A stretch of DNA of 64,000 nt, from contig JBEWZL010000083.1 in assembly GCA_045837725.1 (NCBI GenBank), forward strand, positions 186,001 through 250,000, read 5' to 3'. Below are positions 1-12,075 of the stretch, piece by piece. Numbering within the stretch: position 1 is the stretch's first letter; every line of letters begins with the position of its first letter. The translations under genes and the position numbers were made by a program. Below the pieces are notes generated by a model. That model saw only the letters and a list, made by a program, of their open reading frames with translations, was not told the origin of the DNA and did no database searches. This stretch comes from Vermamoeba vermiformis. Taxonomy: Eukaryota.

Positions 1-1067
1 CGCGCGCAGTTGGAGGACAGCAAAAGCGACAGCTGTGACAGCAGACACCACGCACTGCTCATTCGCGTGCTTGCGGAACAACTCCAGTGCAAGCCCGAGC
101 AGGTATACCCGCTGTCTGTATACCGTTAGTTGTTCCGCGCTAATCATTGCAACTATTTCACGGACAGATCCGCGAGTTCGAGCTGTGTGTGTGTGACACG
201 CAGCCAGCAGCATTGGGCGGGGCACTGAACGAGTTCATCTTCTCCGCGCAGCTCGACAACTTGATGTGCTCGTACTTGGCCGTGCAGGCACTCATTCGCG
301 CGGAGGGTGCGGAGGCAGATCCGAACATCAAGCTGGTGGCACTGTTCGACAACGAGGAGTGTGGCAGCGAGTCCGCGCAAGGAGCCAACAGCAACATGTT
401 GCAGCAGGTGATTGAGCGCGTGATTGCCAGTCTCAATCAGCAGCGGAACAACTCCGCCGAACTGACGCACGTGACGCTGCGCAAGTCATTCCTCGTCAGC
501 GCGGACATGGCCCACGCCATTCACCCGAATGTAAGTGCAGCTAATTATAGCCCCTGCTGACAGCTGTCACTAGTACCCCTCCAAGCACGAGCGCAATCAC
601 GCCCCGGGCATGCAGCGCGGACCAGTCATCAAGCACAATCCTAATCAGGCAAGTGCACTTAGTGTCACGTGATCACTGACCAATCGCCGTGCAGCGCTAT
701 GCCACCACACCTGTCACCGCGCACCTCTTGCGTCTGATCGCCGAACAGCAGCACATTCCTTTGCAAGAATTCGTCGTGCGCAATGACTCCCCGTGCGGCA
801 GTACGTACTGGCACTGTGCCACTGTTGTGTGTCGCACTAACCCCGTCCTACACAGCCACCATCGGTCCCATTCTCGCCTCCAAGCTCGGTGTGCGCACAG
901 TGGATCTGGGTCTGCCGCAGCTGAGCATGCACTCCATTCGCGAGATGGCTGCTGTCGACGACCTCGTCTACGGACTGGATCTGCTCCGCGCAGTGTACCG
1001 CTCCTTCGCGACTGTCGATGCCACTCTCGTAGTCGACAAGGCCCTCGCGGATGTCACGCTGAACTGA
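1..1067 (+). CDS. DNPEP: Aspartyl aminopeptidase (peptidase M18), 3' part; multi-exon, 5' end outside the window
   Basis: Spliced exons give M18 motifs [50 protein letters not shown] and QLSMHSIRE. Stop at 1065-1067. Confidence 0.93.
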
Positions 1068-1631
1068 GCGGAGAATATTGCCCAATTTGTACACACGTCA
1101 TTCGTGTGGCTAAACACTTGGCGCATAAAATAATTGTCGAATGTTTCGTACAAAATACGTTAATGCAGTTTGATAATCCACAACCCCCATCAAATGCACT
1201 TCTCAAGGCACCAAAGAGCCGTGGGAATGGTATGGCCCAATAATACTACCCCTCCACTCCGTTATCAGGACTTGACTACGAAAAGGCAATCGAAAGTGGA
1301 GAGGTGTGGCTAGTTTATCGAGCCCTTAACTCATATTCAAGAAGTAGAAATATGTCACACCCGTGTTTATTCTTTTTGTACAACGACATACAACTATTTA
1401 ACTGTAGTATTCTAGCCCACTAACAACTTTTGCAAGCGATACATTTGGTTGTAAATGCGGTGCGAGTGCCAAGTGCGCGTGAAGATTGAGAATTCTCGCC
1501 CAGCAAATTGGACGAAATTTCGTGTCACGTGCCTCCTTGGGATTGTCGAGGTTACCTGCACGGAGCTGAATAAAAACCCAACGCGTCTGTTCGGGGCATT
1601 ACATTCAATCCTACTGATATAACCAACACAC

Positions 1632-3021
1632 ATGGAGTCTTCACAACGACGATTGCGCACCGTATTGAGCCACTTGAACGAACAGCCGCAAGCTCAATCT
1701 GTTCGCGTTCAACATACTAAAGCTTCTCTCCCTGACAAGAGCGATAATGACGTTGTGATCGTCAGGTAATTATTATTAATAACGATAAATTGCAACCTTG
1801 ATTATTGCACGATCAGATTGATTTATTATTATTTCGAATATTATTATTAATTTCAAAATTAGTGCTGTCAGAACACCCATTGGTAAATCCAAGAGAGGAA
1901 ATTTGAAGGACACTCACTGGACTGATATGTTGGCCCATGTCTTGAAGGAAGTTGTCGAGCACGATCCCAAAGTCAAATCCGGCATTAAGAAAGAAGACGT
2001 CGATGACATTCACGTCGGTATTGTGCTCGCACCAGGAGGTGGTGCCACTCAAGCACGTCAAGCCATGTTCTTGGCTGGCTATCCCGTCGAGACTTCGATC
2101 ACCACGCTCAATCGCCAATGCTCCTCTGGCTTGCAAGCAGTGGCCAACATTGCTGCTGCGATTAAGAACGGCTACATCAAGGTCGGTGTTGCCGCTGGTG
2201 TCGAGTCCATGAGCGGTCACGACATGATCCGCGCCGTGGGTGAAGTGAACGAGAAGATCTTCGACAACGCGCAGGCACGTGACTGCTTGCTGTCCATGGG
2301 CCAGACCTCCGAGAACGTCGCGGAACAGTTCGGTGTGACGCGCGAGGACCAAGATCAATTCGCCTACGAGTCCTATCGCAAGGCCGTGGCTGCCATCAAG
2401 AGCGGAAAATTCAAAGAAGAAATTGTTCCGCTGGAGACTGAAGTCGTCAAACAAGACGGCACGCGCGTCAAAGTGACGGTGAGCGAGGACGAGGGACCGC
2501 GCGAGACTACACTGGAGAGCTTGAAGAAGTTGAAGCCCGCGTTCAAGCCCGACGGCAGCAGCACCGCCGGCAACAGTTCGCAGACGAGTGACGGAGCCGC
2601 TGCGGTCTTGTTGATGTCGCGCGCTGAGGCCAGGAGACGCGGACTGCCCGTGCTCGGCAGATTCCTCGGCTTCCACGTGGCTGGTGTGCCCCCCGCAGTG
2701 ATGGGCATTGGACCAGCTGTGGCTATTCCGGGTCTGCTCAACAAGTTCAACTTGACTGTGGATCAGATCGACGACTTTGAAATCAACGAGGCCTTTGCAT
2801 CGCAAGCACTCTACTCCATTCGCAAGCTCGGCATCAACATCAACAAGGTCAATCCCTTGGGTGGTGCCATTGCCCTCGGTCATCCTCTCGGCTGCACTGG
2901 TGCGCGTCAGGTCAGCACGCTCTTGTACCAGATGCGTCGCGAGAAACAAAATCTCGGCGTGATCTCGATGTGCATTGGTACTGGCATGGGTGCTGCTGGT
3001 CTGATTCAAGCTGAGTATTAA
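1632..3021 (+). CDS. ACAA1: Peroxisomal 3-ketoacyl-CoA thiolase; 2 exons, intron ~1766-1862
   Basis: Thiolase motifs NRQCSSGLQA, EINEAFA, GAIALGHPLG and SMCIGTGMG. The N-terminus MESSQRRLRTVLSHL contains the PTS2 nonapeptide RLRTVLSHL (1650-1676). Confidence 0.93.
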
Positions 3022-3150
3022 GTCATAGTACCTGCCCCCTATTGTAATCATAATAATCAAATTTTGCATAAAATCTGATTTCAACCGAGTACAATCTTGC
3101 TTGTAAGCCTGAGTGCATTACTATTGTAACAACTAACCCTTACGGTACAA

Positions 3151-6100
3151 TTAAAACAACACATCCGCTACATGCACGCATTGTTTGTCGTGCTGCAGTG
3201 CCACGAGATTGACGTAACACTGCTGGTGCGCGGTGCCCCAATGCAGATACACGTGCACCAAGGCGTGCACTGGCTGCGCGACTGTCTTGCTCTTGGCGTT
3301 GAACAGCTCCACTTCAATGCGATACAGGCCCGGCACTGCACGGCGCAACAAGTACTCTTCAGGCCCGAGACCATTGGCCATGTCCTTGCTCAACGTGCCG
3401 CCGTTCTGCGTCGTGTTGTTGAAGGCGTAGCAGTGCGCCAAGCCGGGCTCGTACACGTGCAGATTCAGATCCACTTGATCCAGATCCCACTGCACCGTCA
3501 CGCGCAGATCAATCTCGAGTGGAATGTCGAGGTCTATCTTCTGGTGGTGCAGCAGCTGCATCAACTTGTCGCACTGCGAGTAGTGCTCGTCCAACAGCTC
3601 GCTCATCAGTCGCACCGCGCGGTTCACTTCCATCAGTGCCACCACTTCTACTTGCGTGAAGCGCACGTCCCACTCTTTTTCCTAAAATAGAAGGTGTCAG
3701 TTTCGTGTCATCACGTGATAGTATTTTAATTCATTCCAACGATACTCACGATGACATCTGTCAAAAGTGTCAATGCACGTGTCAAGTCTCCGCGCACTCC
3801 TCTGCGCACCAGCACACGTGCCAGATCGAGATAACTTTGCGGTTCTTCACTGCGGAGTGCCAGCACGCGGTCGTAGAGGTGTATTGCGTGCTCAATCAGC
3901 GCGTGTTGTTCGCACGCGTAGGCCAACAGTCGCATCCACTTGTGCTCGTTGAGCTGCGACTCGACCATGTTGGACAGCACGCGCAGTCCGACACGTGACA
4001 GCTCTGCGCCCTGGTTGAGTAATTTGCAGCCGAGGTGCAAATAAAAGTACGGAGTGCGGTGCGTGACGGAATTATAGTAATTCCGCAGTGCCTGTTCAGT
4101 GCTCACGTGCTCCTCGCGCAGCTCCGCAGACTCGTACAGGTGCAGCGTGACTGTCTTGCCGAGCGGCGTGCAGTGCTGGCGCGATCTATTTTTAGCGTAC
4201 ACGAATGAGGGTGTGGCACGTGACACCGGAACAATATCCTGACTGAAGTCCATCAAGTTGTCCTGTTCTTCCAAGAATGAGCTGTATTCCGAGGGCTCGG
4301 AAGAATTGTCGCTGCACGATGCAATCTCCGAGGTGGGAGATGCAGAGCGAGATCGCACCAAGCGTTGTTCCGGCGAGGCAGCACGTGAAGTGATACGACG
4401 TCGTTTGGGCAGTGCGCTGAGCTCTGCGTCACGTGCTCGTTTGCGCGAGTCAGTAGCGACCCGCTCTTCGGGTAATTCCGGGGAATAGTTCGGGGAGGTC
4501 GGGGAGTAATCGGGGGACGCGGGTGAGTAGTTCGGGGAACAGGCGGAGTACACGGGACTGTGCTGCGCGGAAGTGATGTTCATCGCCTCATTCTGATTGT
4601 ACGCGCACGAGGTCGGGGCGGAGTACTGCGAGGTCGGGGAGTAATCAGGGGAGGCGGGCGAATACTCCGGGGAGTGTGGCTCGTAACGCGGACTGCGGGG
4701 CGAATAGTGCGGGGAGGTCGGGGAGTAATCGGGGGACACGGGTGAGTAGTGCGGGGAAGTAGGTGCGTACTGCGGGGAGGTCGGGGCATAGCGCGGGGAG
4801 GTCGGGGTGTAGTTCGGGAGATTGAGGCTGTGATGCACCGAGTGCGGGAGGTAGTTCGGGGAGACCGGGGAATAATTCGGGGAGGAAGGTGAATAGCTCG
4901 GGGTGACGGGAGAATATGTCGGGGAGGTCGGGGTGTAGCGCGGGGCAGTCGGGGTGTAGCGCGTAGTTTGAGGCAGCAAACGAGGCTGCAAAACTGCAAG
5001 TGACACGTGTCGTTCAGCGTGTTGCGCCATGTAGTGCGAGAACGTGTCTGCAAAGTTGAGCGAGCTAAAAATAGGTCGGGAATATTCTTGGCGCCACATA
5101 GCCATCAGCAGCTCAGGGCTCTGATCGCGTGTCATCTGCTGATTGACAGGTGTCACTTCGAGTGTCGCACAGCGATCACTGTCGTGCGTGTCGACCAGGG
5201 CAGAGATGCGTTCAGATTCGAGTTCGCTGTAATGGCGCGGTGGCACGTGATGCAGTGTCATGCAGGGTTTGACACCTGTCATCGACCAGTCACGTGACCA
5301 CCAATCCAATCGGCGCTGCCACCAGTCCAAAGCATGGTGCCATCGATGGCGCTGCTTGTTGAACGCTTTTCTTTTTTTGGCAGCGAGCAAGAGGTGATAC
5401 TGCTGGTGGCACGTGGCATGGCTGGCGGGCGGTTCAATCTCGTAGCGGAGATACTGCGAGACATCATCGAGTACGATTAAGGAAGTCGCGCCAGGAGTGA
5501 CCAGGCCAAACAGCCGTCCTATTTTTAGCAACGCTTTCTTGCTCTGCTCTTCGTTCTGATTGGTCACCAACATCTCTTCGATCTTCTTGGAGGCTAATTA
5601 TAGAACTGGTCAGCACCATTACTATAAATGGCAAGCAACGTACCGAAGAACTTGGGAATGAGGGGTGCAGCGGTGACGTCATCGAGCTGAATGGTGAGAG
5701 TCACGTGCTTGCTGACCACCACGCGACTGCCATAGCCAAAGTTCTGCAACGGATTAGAATGAGCATAACCAAATATGGTAATATCGATGCGTACCATGGT
5801 GATGGGCACGGTGATGGAGTTCGATTTTTTCACTGAATCTGAAGTGACAGGTGTCACCGTGACTTTTCCTGTCAAAATGAAGTTCGCGCGGGTCAAAGGA
5901 GTGGCACGTGATGGATAAGTCTCCAGCGCGACACCGGGTATCTCCGCGCTGAGATTCAAAAACGAGAAGTGAGGTCTGCCCACCGTTCTGAGCACGTGAT
6001 CGATGCTGCTGTTTTGCAGATTAAAAAACACGCCACCCTGTCAAATGACACGTGTCAAACAGAGATCTCAGCCAACCATGTCACGTGACTTACCGTAGTC

Positions 6101-7410
6101 TGTGCGAGTGCGCGCAAGAGAGCAGCGTTGTGCACGACATTGGCAGTGACGGCATACACTGGCGCAGCTATTTTTAGCTCGGTGAAATTAACGCGCGCTC
6201 CAATAGATGAAATTCCGTCGGAGAACAACAAGATGTAGTCGAACACGTGATTCAGTTTGACACGTGTCATAATGCTGAGATCAGTCGCGCCATCGTACTC
6301 AATGCTTTGCAGAAATTGCAGCAGTTGGGTGACATCGCGCTCTTGCTTAATTTGGAAAATGCGTTCTTCTTCGCACTCATTTCTAAATATGTACACGACG
6401 AGCTTGACGGGCGCAGTCAACTCTTGATTTAGTAATTGCCTCATCAAACTGCGAGGGTCAGTACGATTGCTTAATTAGGAAATAAGTCACTGACCTGAAC
6501 TCAACGCTCTTGTCAGTGGCACGACTCAACGATGCATCCCAAAATAGACCAATTGTCTTGGGTTCATTGACACGTGTCATTGACTGCTCGTTGACTTGCG
6601 GCACGTGACAGCGCGCAATGAAGTAGTGACAGCTGTCAAAGTAGGTGCTGTCATCGGGGTCAGTCAGATCTGACGCGCGTTGCGGTCTGATCGCGCGAGT
6701 GACAGTTGCGCCATCACGTGGGTCAAATTGAAGTGTCAAACCACGTGACATCCTGAGATTGGTGACACGTGTCATGGCCTGGTGACCAGCCAACTTGAAA
6801 TTAGCATCGCGTGCTGCAATATCCGGGGCGGTGAGTGTCACGTGCTGCGTGAGTTCATTGTGCGTGATCACGTGACAGCTGAACGTGTCAATCGGTGCGT
6901 TGAATGAGAGGGGCACGCGACACACTCCCGTGTCAATCAGGGACACGAATCGCAGTCGAATGCGTCGGCCAGACTTGGGCACTGGGTACACGCGAATGCG
7001 GTATACATTGCCAGTCACGTGCTCGCAGATTGCAATTCTGCCCGCGACAGTAGATCTGACCGCGTTTTCAAAGGCCACTTGAGCTTGTTCGCGCTCAACG
7101 ACCACGCCCTGGACAAGCACGGAATCTATGTCAACCTCAAAGCCGGACACAGTGGCGCCTTCAGTGAGCACCAAGGTGATCTCTGCCTCCACGCCAGTGC
7201 GCGAGGTGGAATTGACAAAGTGGATGTCCACTTCTGTCTCTAAACCACGAGAGATGAGCGCGAGGGATAGGGAATTTGTAACTAATTTATGTAATTGGAT
7301 TATTTACCTGCAAGATAATTATTTAATTCGATTTTTAGGCTGAGATCGCGGATTTGAAGTTGTTGGCCATCGTCCTTCGCAACGACTTTGATACAACTCG
7401 TATCCGCCAT
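3151..7410 (-). CDS. VIT + vWA-like + TPR + DUF2135/YfaP-type protein with an inserted Pol II CTD-like heptad array
   Basis: ATG at 7410, first intron 7307-7240. VIT-like AETEVDIHFVN..GATVSGFEVDIDSVLVQGVVVEREQAQVAFE; vWA-like LFWDASLS..YDGATD..LFSDGIS; RSEEPQSYLDLA; C-terminal DLRVTVQWD..DLNLHVYEP..GLGPEEY typical of DUF2135. Confidence 0.8.
4470..4958 (-). repeat. 21-nt tandem coding repeat encoding ~20 YSPTSPx-like heptads
   Basis: Translation reads YTPTAPR YTPTSPT YSPVTPS YSPSSPN YSPVSPN ... YSPTSPH YSPRSPR ... YSPASPD YSPTSPN YSPE; the plus strand shows recurring ggggaggtcggggagta units. Confidence 0.95.
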
Positions 7411-7745
7411 ATTAGTGCACTCGCTCACAATATACTATAACAGCCTTAGTTGTGGTGTTCAACGGCCAAAATAAAGAATAATAAATTTCAAAGACTTAGC
7501 AAGTTTTCAAGGCCGAAAAAGATTAGAAGATTCTAACAGCATTAGCGGACTAAAGTTGTTCGTTTGTGCTTGAAGGCCGCCAACATCTTGTTGTGCAAGT
7601 CGGACCTAAATCGCAAATTATGCCGAGTAAATTTCTACCGAAGAGTCGGATCGCGATACCAACAGTTGATCTCAACTGAGAACCACAAAACAAGTATTCG
7701 CACAAATACTACAATAGTCCAATAGACTACTAGTAGCGACTGCAC

Positions 7746-8850
7746 ATGGGTCTGGAAGAGAGTTATGAAGTGCCCCCACCCTGCACTGCGGTGCCCTGCA
7801 TGCCCCCACAGGGTTCTAATGTTGTATATGAACGTGCTTATGATCAATATGGACGTCCTATTATTGTAGTGCATCAACAACCACCGCCGCGCACGCAGAT
7901 GAATTATGCAACAACGTAAGATTTTTATTTTAACTTTTACCGTTGGAATACTACTAGGACATGTATATACTATTTGTATTATTATTATTGCTTCAATTTA
8001 ATTTCGTATTAATTTGCGACTGACTGCCTTTAGCGTACCACAAGCGCACACCACTCCACCCCTGCAGCCCAGGTACCCAGGCTACATGCAGAGCTATCAG
8101 CCCCCGCCACAGTACCCCCTGCACACCACTACCAATCCCTATGCGACGGTGAGTACTGCGCAGTATCCTGGTCAGTACGCACATCCGAGTCCCGGTGCGC
8201 TGTTGACTACACCAGGGTACTACTACATGCCTGCGAGTACTGTCAATGTGCCAGCAGCCACCACTAGCACCGCACCCACTGCTGTCCAAGTGCCCACGAG
8301 TGCTGTCAGTGTGCCGAACACTGCGCTGTCACACGTGGCACTGCCCGTACTCGCACCACTCGTGTCAAATACTGAGCAGCGACACATGTCAAACACCGAC
8401 CTCCCCGCATCCACTGTCACTGCAGCGGTCACTGCACCCACCGATCACGTGACTGTGCCGCACACCGCAGATTCAAACATTGATCAACAACACGTGTCAA
8501 ATTCCGATTCGAACGGTGGCACACTGCCAGGGCTCACTCCGCTCGTGTCAAACACTGACTCGCAACCCGTGTCTAACACCAACCTCGAAATCAAGTGTGA
8601 CACATTGCCAGCCAGTGACCCAGAGCCCCTCGTGTCATTCACCAATGTGACTGTCATCAACAGCGCGCCCTTGCCTGGTGTTGAGACCAAAATTAGCGCT
8701 GAAAGTGAGACTAAAAATAGCAGTGCGAGTACAGTGCAGCACAGTGACGCCAACAGCAGCGAATCACCAGCCCGTGTCAAGAGATCGTTCAATCCACTGC
8801 CGCGTCGCCAGCCTGCTGTCAAAGCCTATCTCGCGCACGAGGAGCTGTAA
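7746..8850 (+). CDS. Hypothetical low-complexity Pro/Tyr/Thr/Ser-rich protein
   Basis: Exon 7746-7915 splices in frame (GTAAG..TTTAG) to the ORF at 8034-8850. No recognisable globular domain; the true start may be further upstream. Confidence 0.6.
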
Positions 8851-9137
8851 TGGACCCCCACATCTATCATGACACGGTGACGCGCGATGTAAATAGTATT
8901 ATCATAAATCTTGTTCATAGCAGCTCTTGCAAATATGATTTGAGCGTTGGTAGATGTATTAATAACATTCACCATCAGAGTTGTTGCGTAGTCTTTTCCT
9001 TATTAGGGAAAGTGAGTAAGATTTCGATTACCATAAATTTCATGCAACAAAATCCCCTGTTCGAAACTGAAACAAGATAAAAACAACCACAGTAGATCAA
9101 ATTATATCTCAGTCATCACAGCCACACCACAGCCTTC

Positions 9138-11676
9138 ATGGAGGATAACAGTTCCGTCAAGTCGCTAGCGGAGCGGTTTCAGCAAAAGATCTTTGCCCAA
9201 GCGCCGATCGACTCGTTGGGCCTTTCTCCAGTAATGACGAATTTAAATTCATTCACAAGGCATTATTAACACTCTAATACGCAGCGAGGGCCAATAAAGC
9301 GACCTCAAAGTGTGCCTGATGATGAGATCAGGGTTAACACAGCACGCGAACGAAAAGACTCGAAGGAATCCATTAGCGTGCCCACTACACCTATGAAAGC
9401 CATACCTAAGGGAATGCAAATGCCACGCAAGAACTCTGAACCTATTGGTATTTAAAAATTGACACAGATCCAAAAATCTTTTAAATTTTAGTGGCCAACA
9501 CCTGATTTTGATTCGCAACTATTAAATCTTCTTTTGAACATGTATTATAACTGATTTTCCTAACGATTCTGCATTTCCAGTTAAAATTGCCGATAAAGAG
9601 ACCAATCCGCTTAACAAACGCCATAAAATCGTTAGTGAATTGCTAGAGACAGAACAAAGCTATATCAAGTCCTTGCAATTTATATTTGATGTAAGTGCTA
9701 GATTTCAGTAGATACGGTCCTATAAACGCATGTCATAATAAGTTTTTAACTGACATCCACACAGAAAGCTTTGACACCTCTGCGAGATGACAACAAAACA
9801 AATAAAGAGAATCCAATATTGAAATTAGACGATATCTTATCGATATTTTCAAATTGGGAGGTCATTCTGAAGTGTCATATCACGCTCGGAGATACAATCG
9901 CTGAACGGCTCAAGACGTGGGATGACAATCAAAAAATTGGCGAAATATTCCTCGAGGAAGTACGTACATAGAGCGCATTATCATTTCAACACTGGATTCT
10001 GACAATTTATAGACTAAATTCATCAAACTCTACACCTATTATGTCAACAATTTTGACCAAGCGAGATCTGTGTTAACAAAGTGCCGCGAGAACAATAATA
10101 GATTTCGAGAGTTCATCGAGGTACGCGATAGGCAATCGAATTACATTTGTACCGTCAGAACAGATTATTAATTCACTCGCAGACTCTCGAGCGCGATGAA
10201 GCCAGTCGCGGGCTGTCCTTCGACTCGTATTTGATCATGCCCGTACAACGCATACCGCGCTACGTCTTGTTGCTGCAAGATCTGCTCAACAACACCGTCA
10301 AGGAGCACCCTGACTACGAGAACATTGTCGGTGCGCTGGGTCGAGTCAAAGACTTTGCCAATTACATCAATGTCAGCAAGCGTCAGACCGAGAACTTGGA
10401 GAAGTTGCGCGCCATTCAAGACAAGCTGGAGAGTGGTGCGGATAATATTGTCAAAGAGGGCAGAAAATTTGTACGCGAGGGTGCAGCAGAGGTGAAAGAC
10501 AAGAAGAAAAATGTGAAGGCGCAGTTGTATCTCCTCTCTGATCTCCTTCTCATTACCAAACCCAAAAAAGGAAAAGAAGCGGTGATCGCAGATCTCGACC
10601 TGACAGCCTGCGCAGTGACCGATCAAAGCGAAGATCCACCAGGGTTCACCATCGCGACACCTAATGGTCAGTGGCGCGTGACATTTGACGACAAAAAGAC
10701 CAGTGACAGCTGGCAGAGTGCACTGAACACGCAGGTGAAAGAGACCATTGAGAACTTGGTTGGGAACTCCCCGAAACAAGAAGGTACTACTGCCAATAAG
10801 TGCTATTTATATTCCGTACTAACCTAGTGATCAGAGAACATTGAAGAGTTGATTGCAGACTCGGAAGAACAGAAACAAAAGAACTATCTGATGCGCATGA
10901 AGATCATGAGTGAGCTCGTCGAGAAAGAAGAAGAATACGTGCACATATTGAAGCTGATCACAAACTTGATCACGCGCTTGAAGAGCTCCGCTGAGGACGG
11001 CAACAAAGTGATCACGCTCGATATGATATTGAGCATCTTCAGCAGTTGGGAGATGTTGAGCAAGTGTCACGAAGATCTGCTCGCGGTGTTCAAAGGCAGA
11101 CTTGAGCACTGGCAAGACAAGCCACTCATTGGCGATGTGTTCATTGACAAGGTATGCACCATGACACGTGTCACTTGCGTACTAACAGCGCTGCAGAATA
11201 CAGGATTTTTCAAGTTGTATCGCCACTACGTGACCAACAGAACGGAGCAGACGAAGGCCCTTGAAGACGCGCTCGCTGCAGCCCCTTTGTTTGTCATTGC
11301 CATCACGGTATTAATATCACTGTTGACATTGCAGGACTTGAACTGACACGCCACCCCTCAGGAGATTGAAGCGATGGAGAAGAAGAAAATTGAAAAGATG
11401 TTGGAAGAGCCCTGTCGCCGCTTGTCGAGCTATTATTTCACGCTGCAAGAACTGCTGCGCAACACTAGTCGCGATCATCCCGACCATCAGAACTTGATTG
11501 CAGCTGTCAAGTACGTGCAAGAGATGAACAAGTCCAACAACGAGCAAGACGACTACTTCCCGGACTCGCCCTCCCAGACCACGAGTCGTCCTGAGCTCAA
11601 GAAGAAGCGGTCAAACTCCAACTTCAACGGCATGTTGAAGCGACGCAACACGCAGGACAAGAAGGACAAGAAGTGA
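9138..11676 (+). CDS. RhoGEF with DH-PH-DH architecture
   Basis: DH1: KRHKIVSELLETEQSYI..SYLIMPVQRIPRYVLLLQDLL..HPDY. PH: KFVREG..LYLLSDLLLITK..W. DH2: RMKIMSELVEKEEEYV..EPCRRLSSYYFTLQELL..HPDH. Confidence 0.9.
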
Positions 11677-12075
11677 GCTGTCTAACCGCGCAGCTTGTAT
11701 TTATTGCTTTGTAACATAAAGGACGAGATTTCAATTGAGTTAAATGAACTACATAGTACACTGTCTTGCATAAACTGCATTGGTAGATCCGTGGAAATTT
11801 CGCGAATCACACCCAGATTTTTTATCAAATTTAATAAGATTTTTTTGTCGTGCACGAAAATCTCAAAGGCAATCTAAACATTCATTTTAACAAGTGGTAA
11901 CCACCTTCAGTCTGTCCAGGTAATGATGATTTGTAGTGCTTGTTATTGCCGTTTTTGTAATCCAGAGGCAGATTCAATTTTAAATTTCCATTACAAAATT
12001 GTTTCTTATTGGCATAATCTTTTAATATTTTTGATAATATTTAAAAATAATCGCTTTATTGAACGATTGATTCAG

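Noticed and set aside
1813-3084. 423-aa ORF antisense to the thiolase, and similar antisense ORFs opposite the RhoGEF, CAP and kinase genes
   Set aside because: Shadow ORFs caused by codon bias on the coding strand; no independent motifs.
4470-4958. Calling the heptad array RPB1, or a CRISPR-like array
   Set aside because: No polymerase domains flank it, and the units are contiguous 21-nt coding repeats with no unique spacers.
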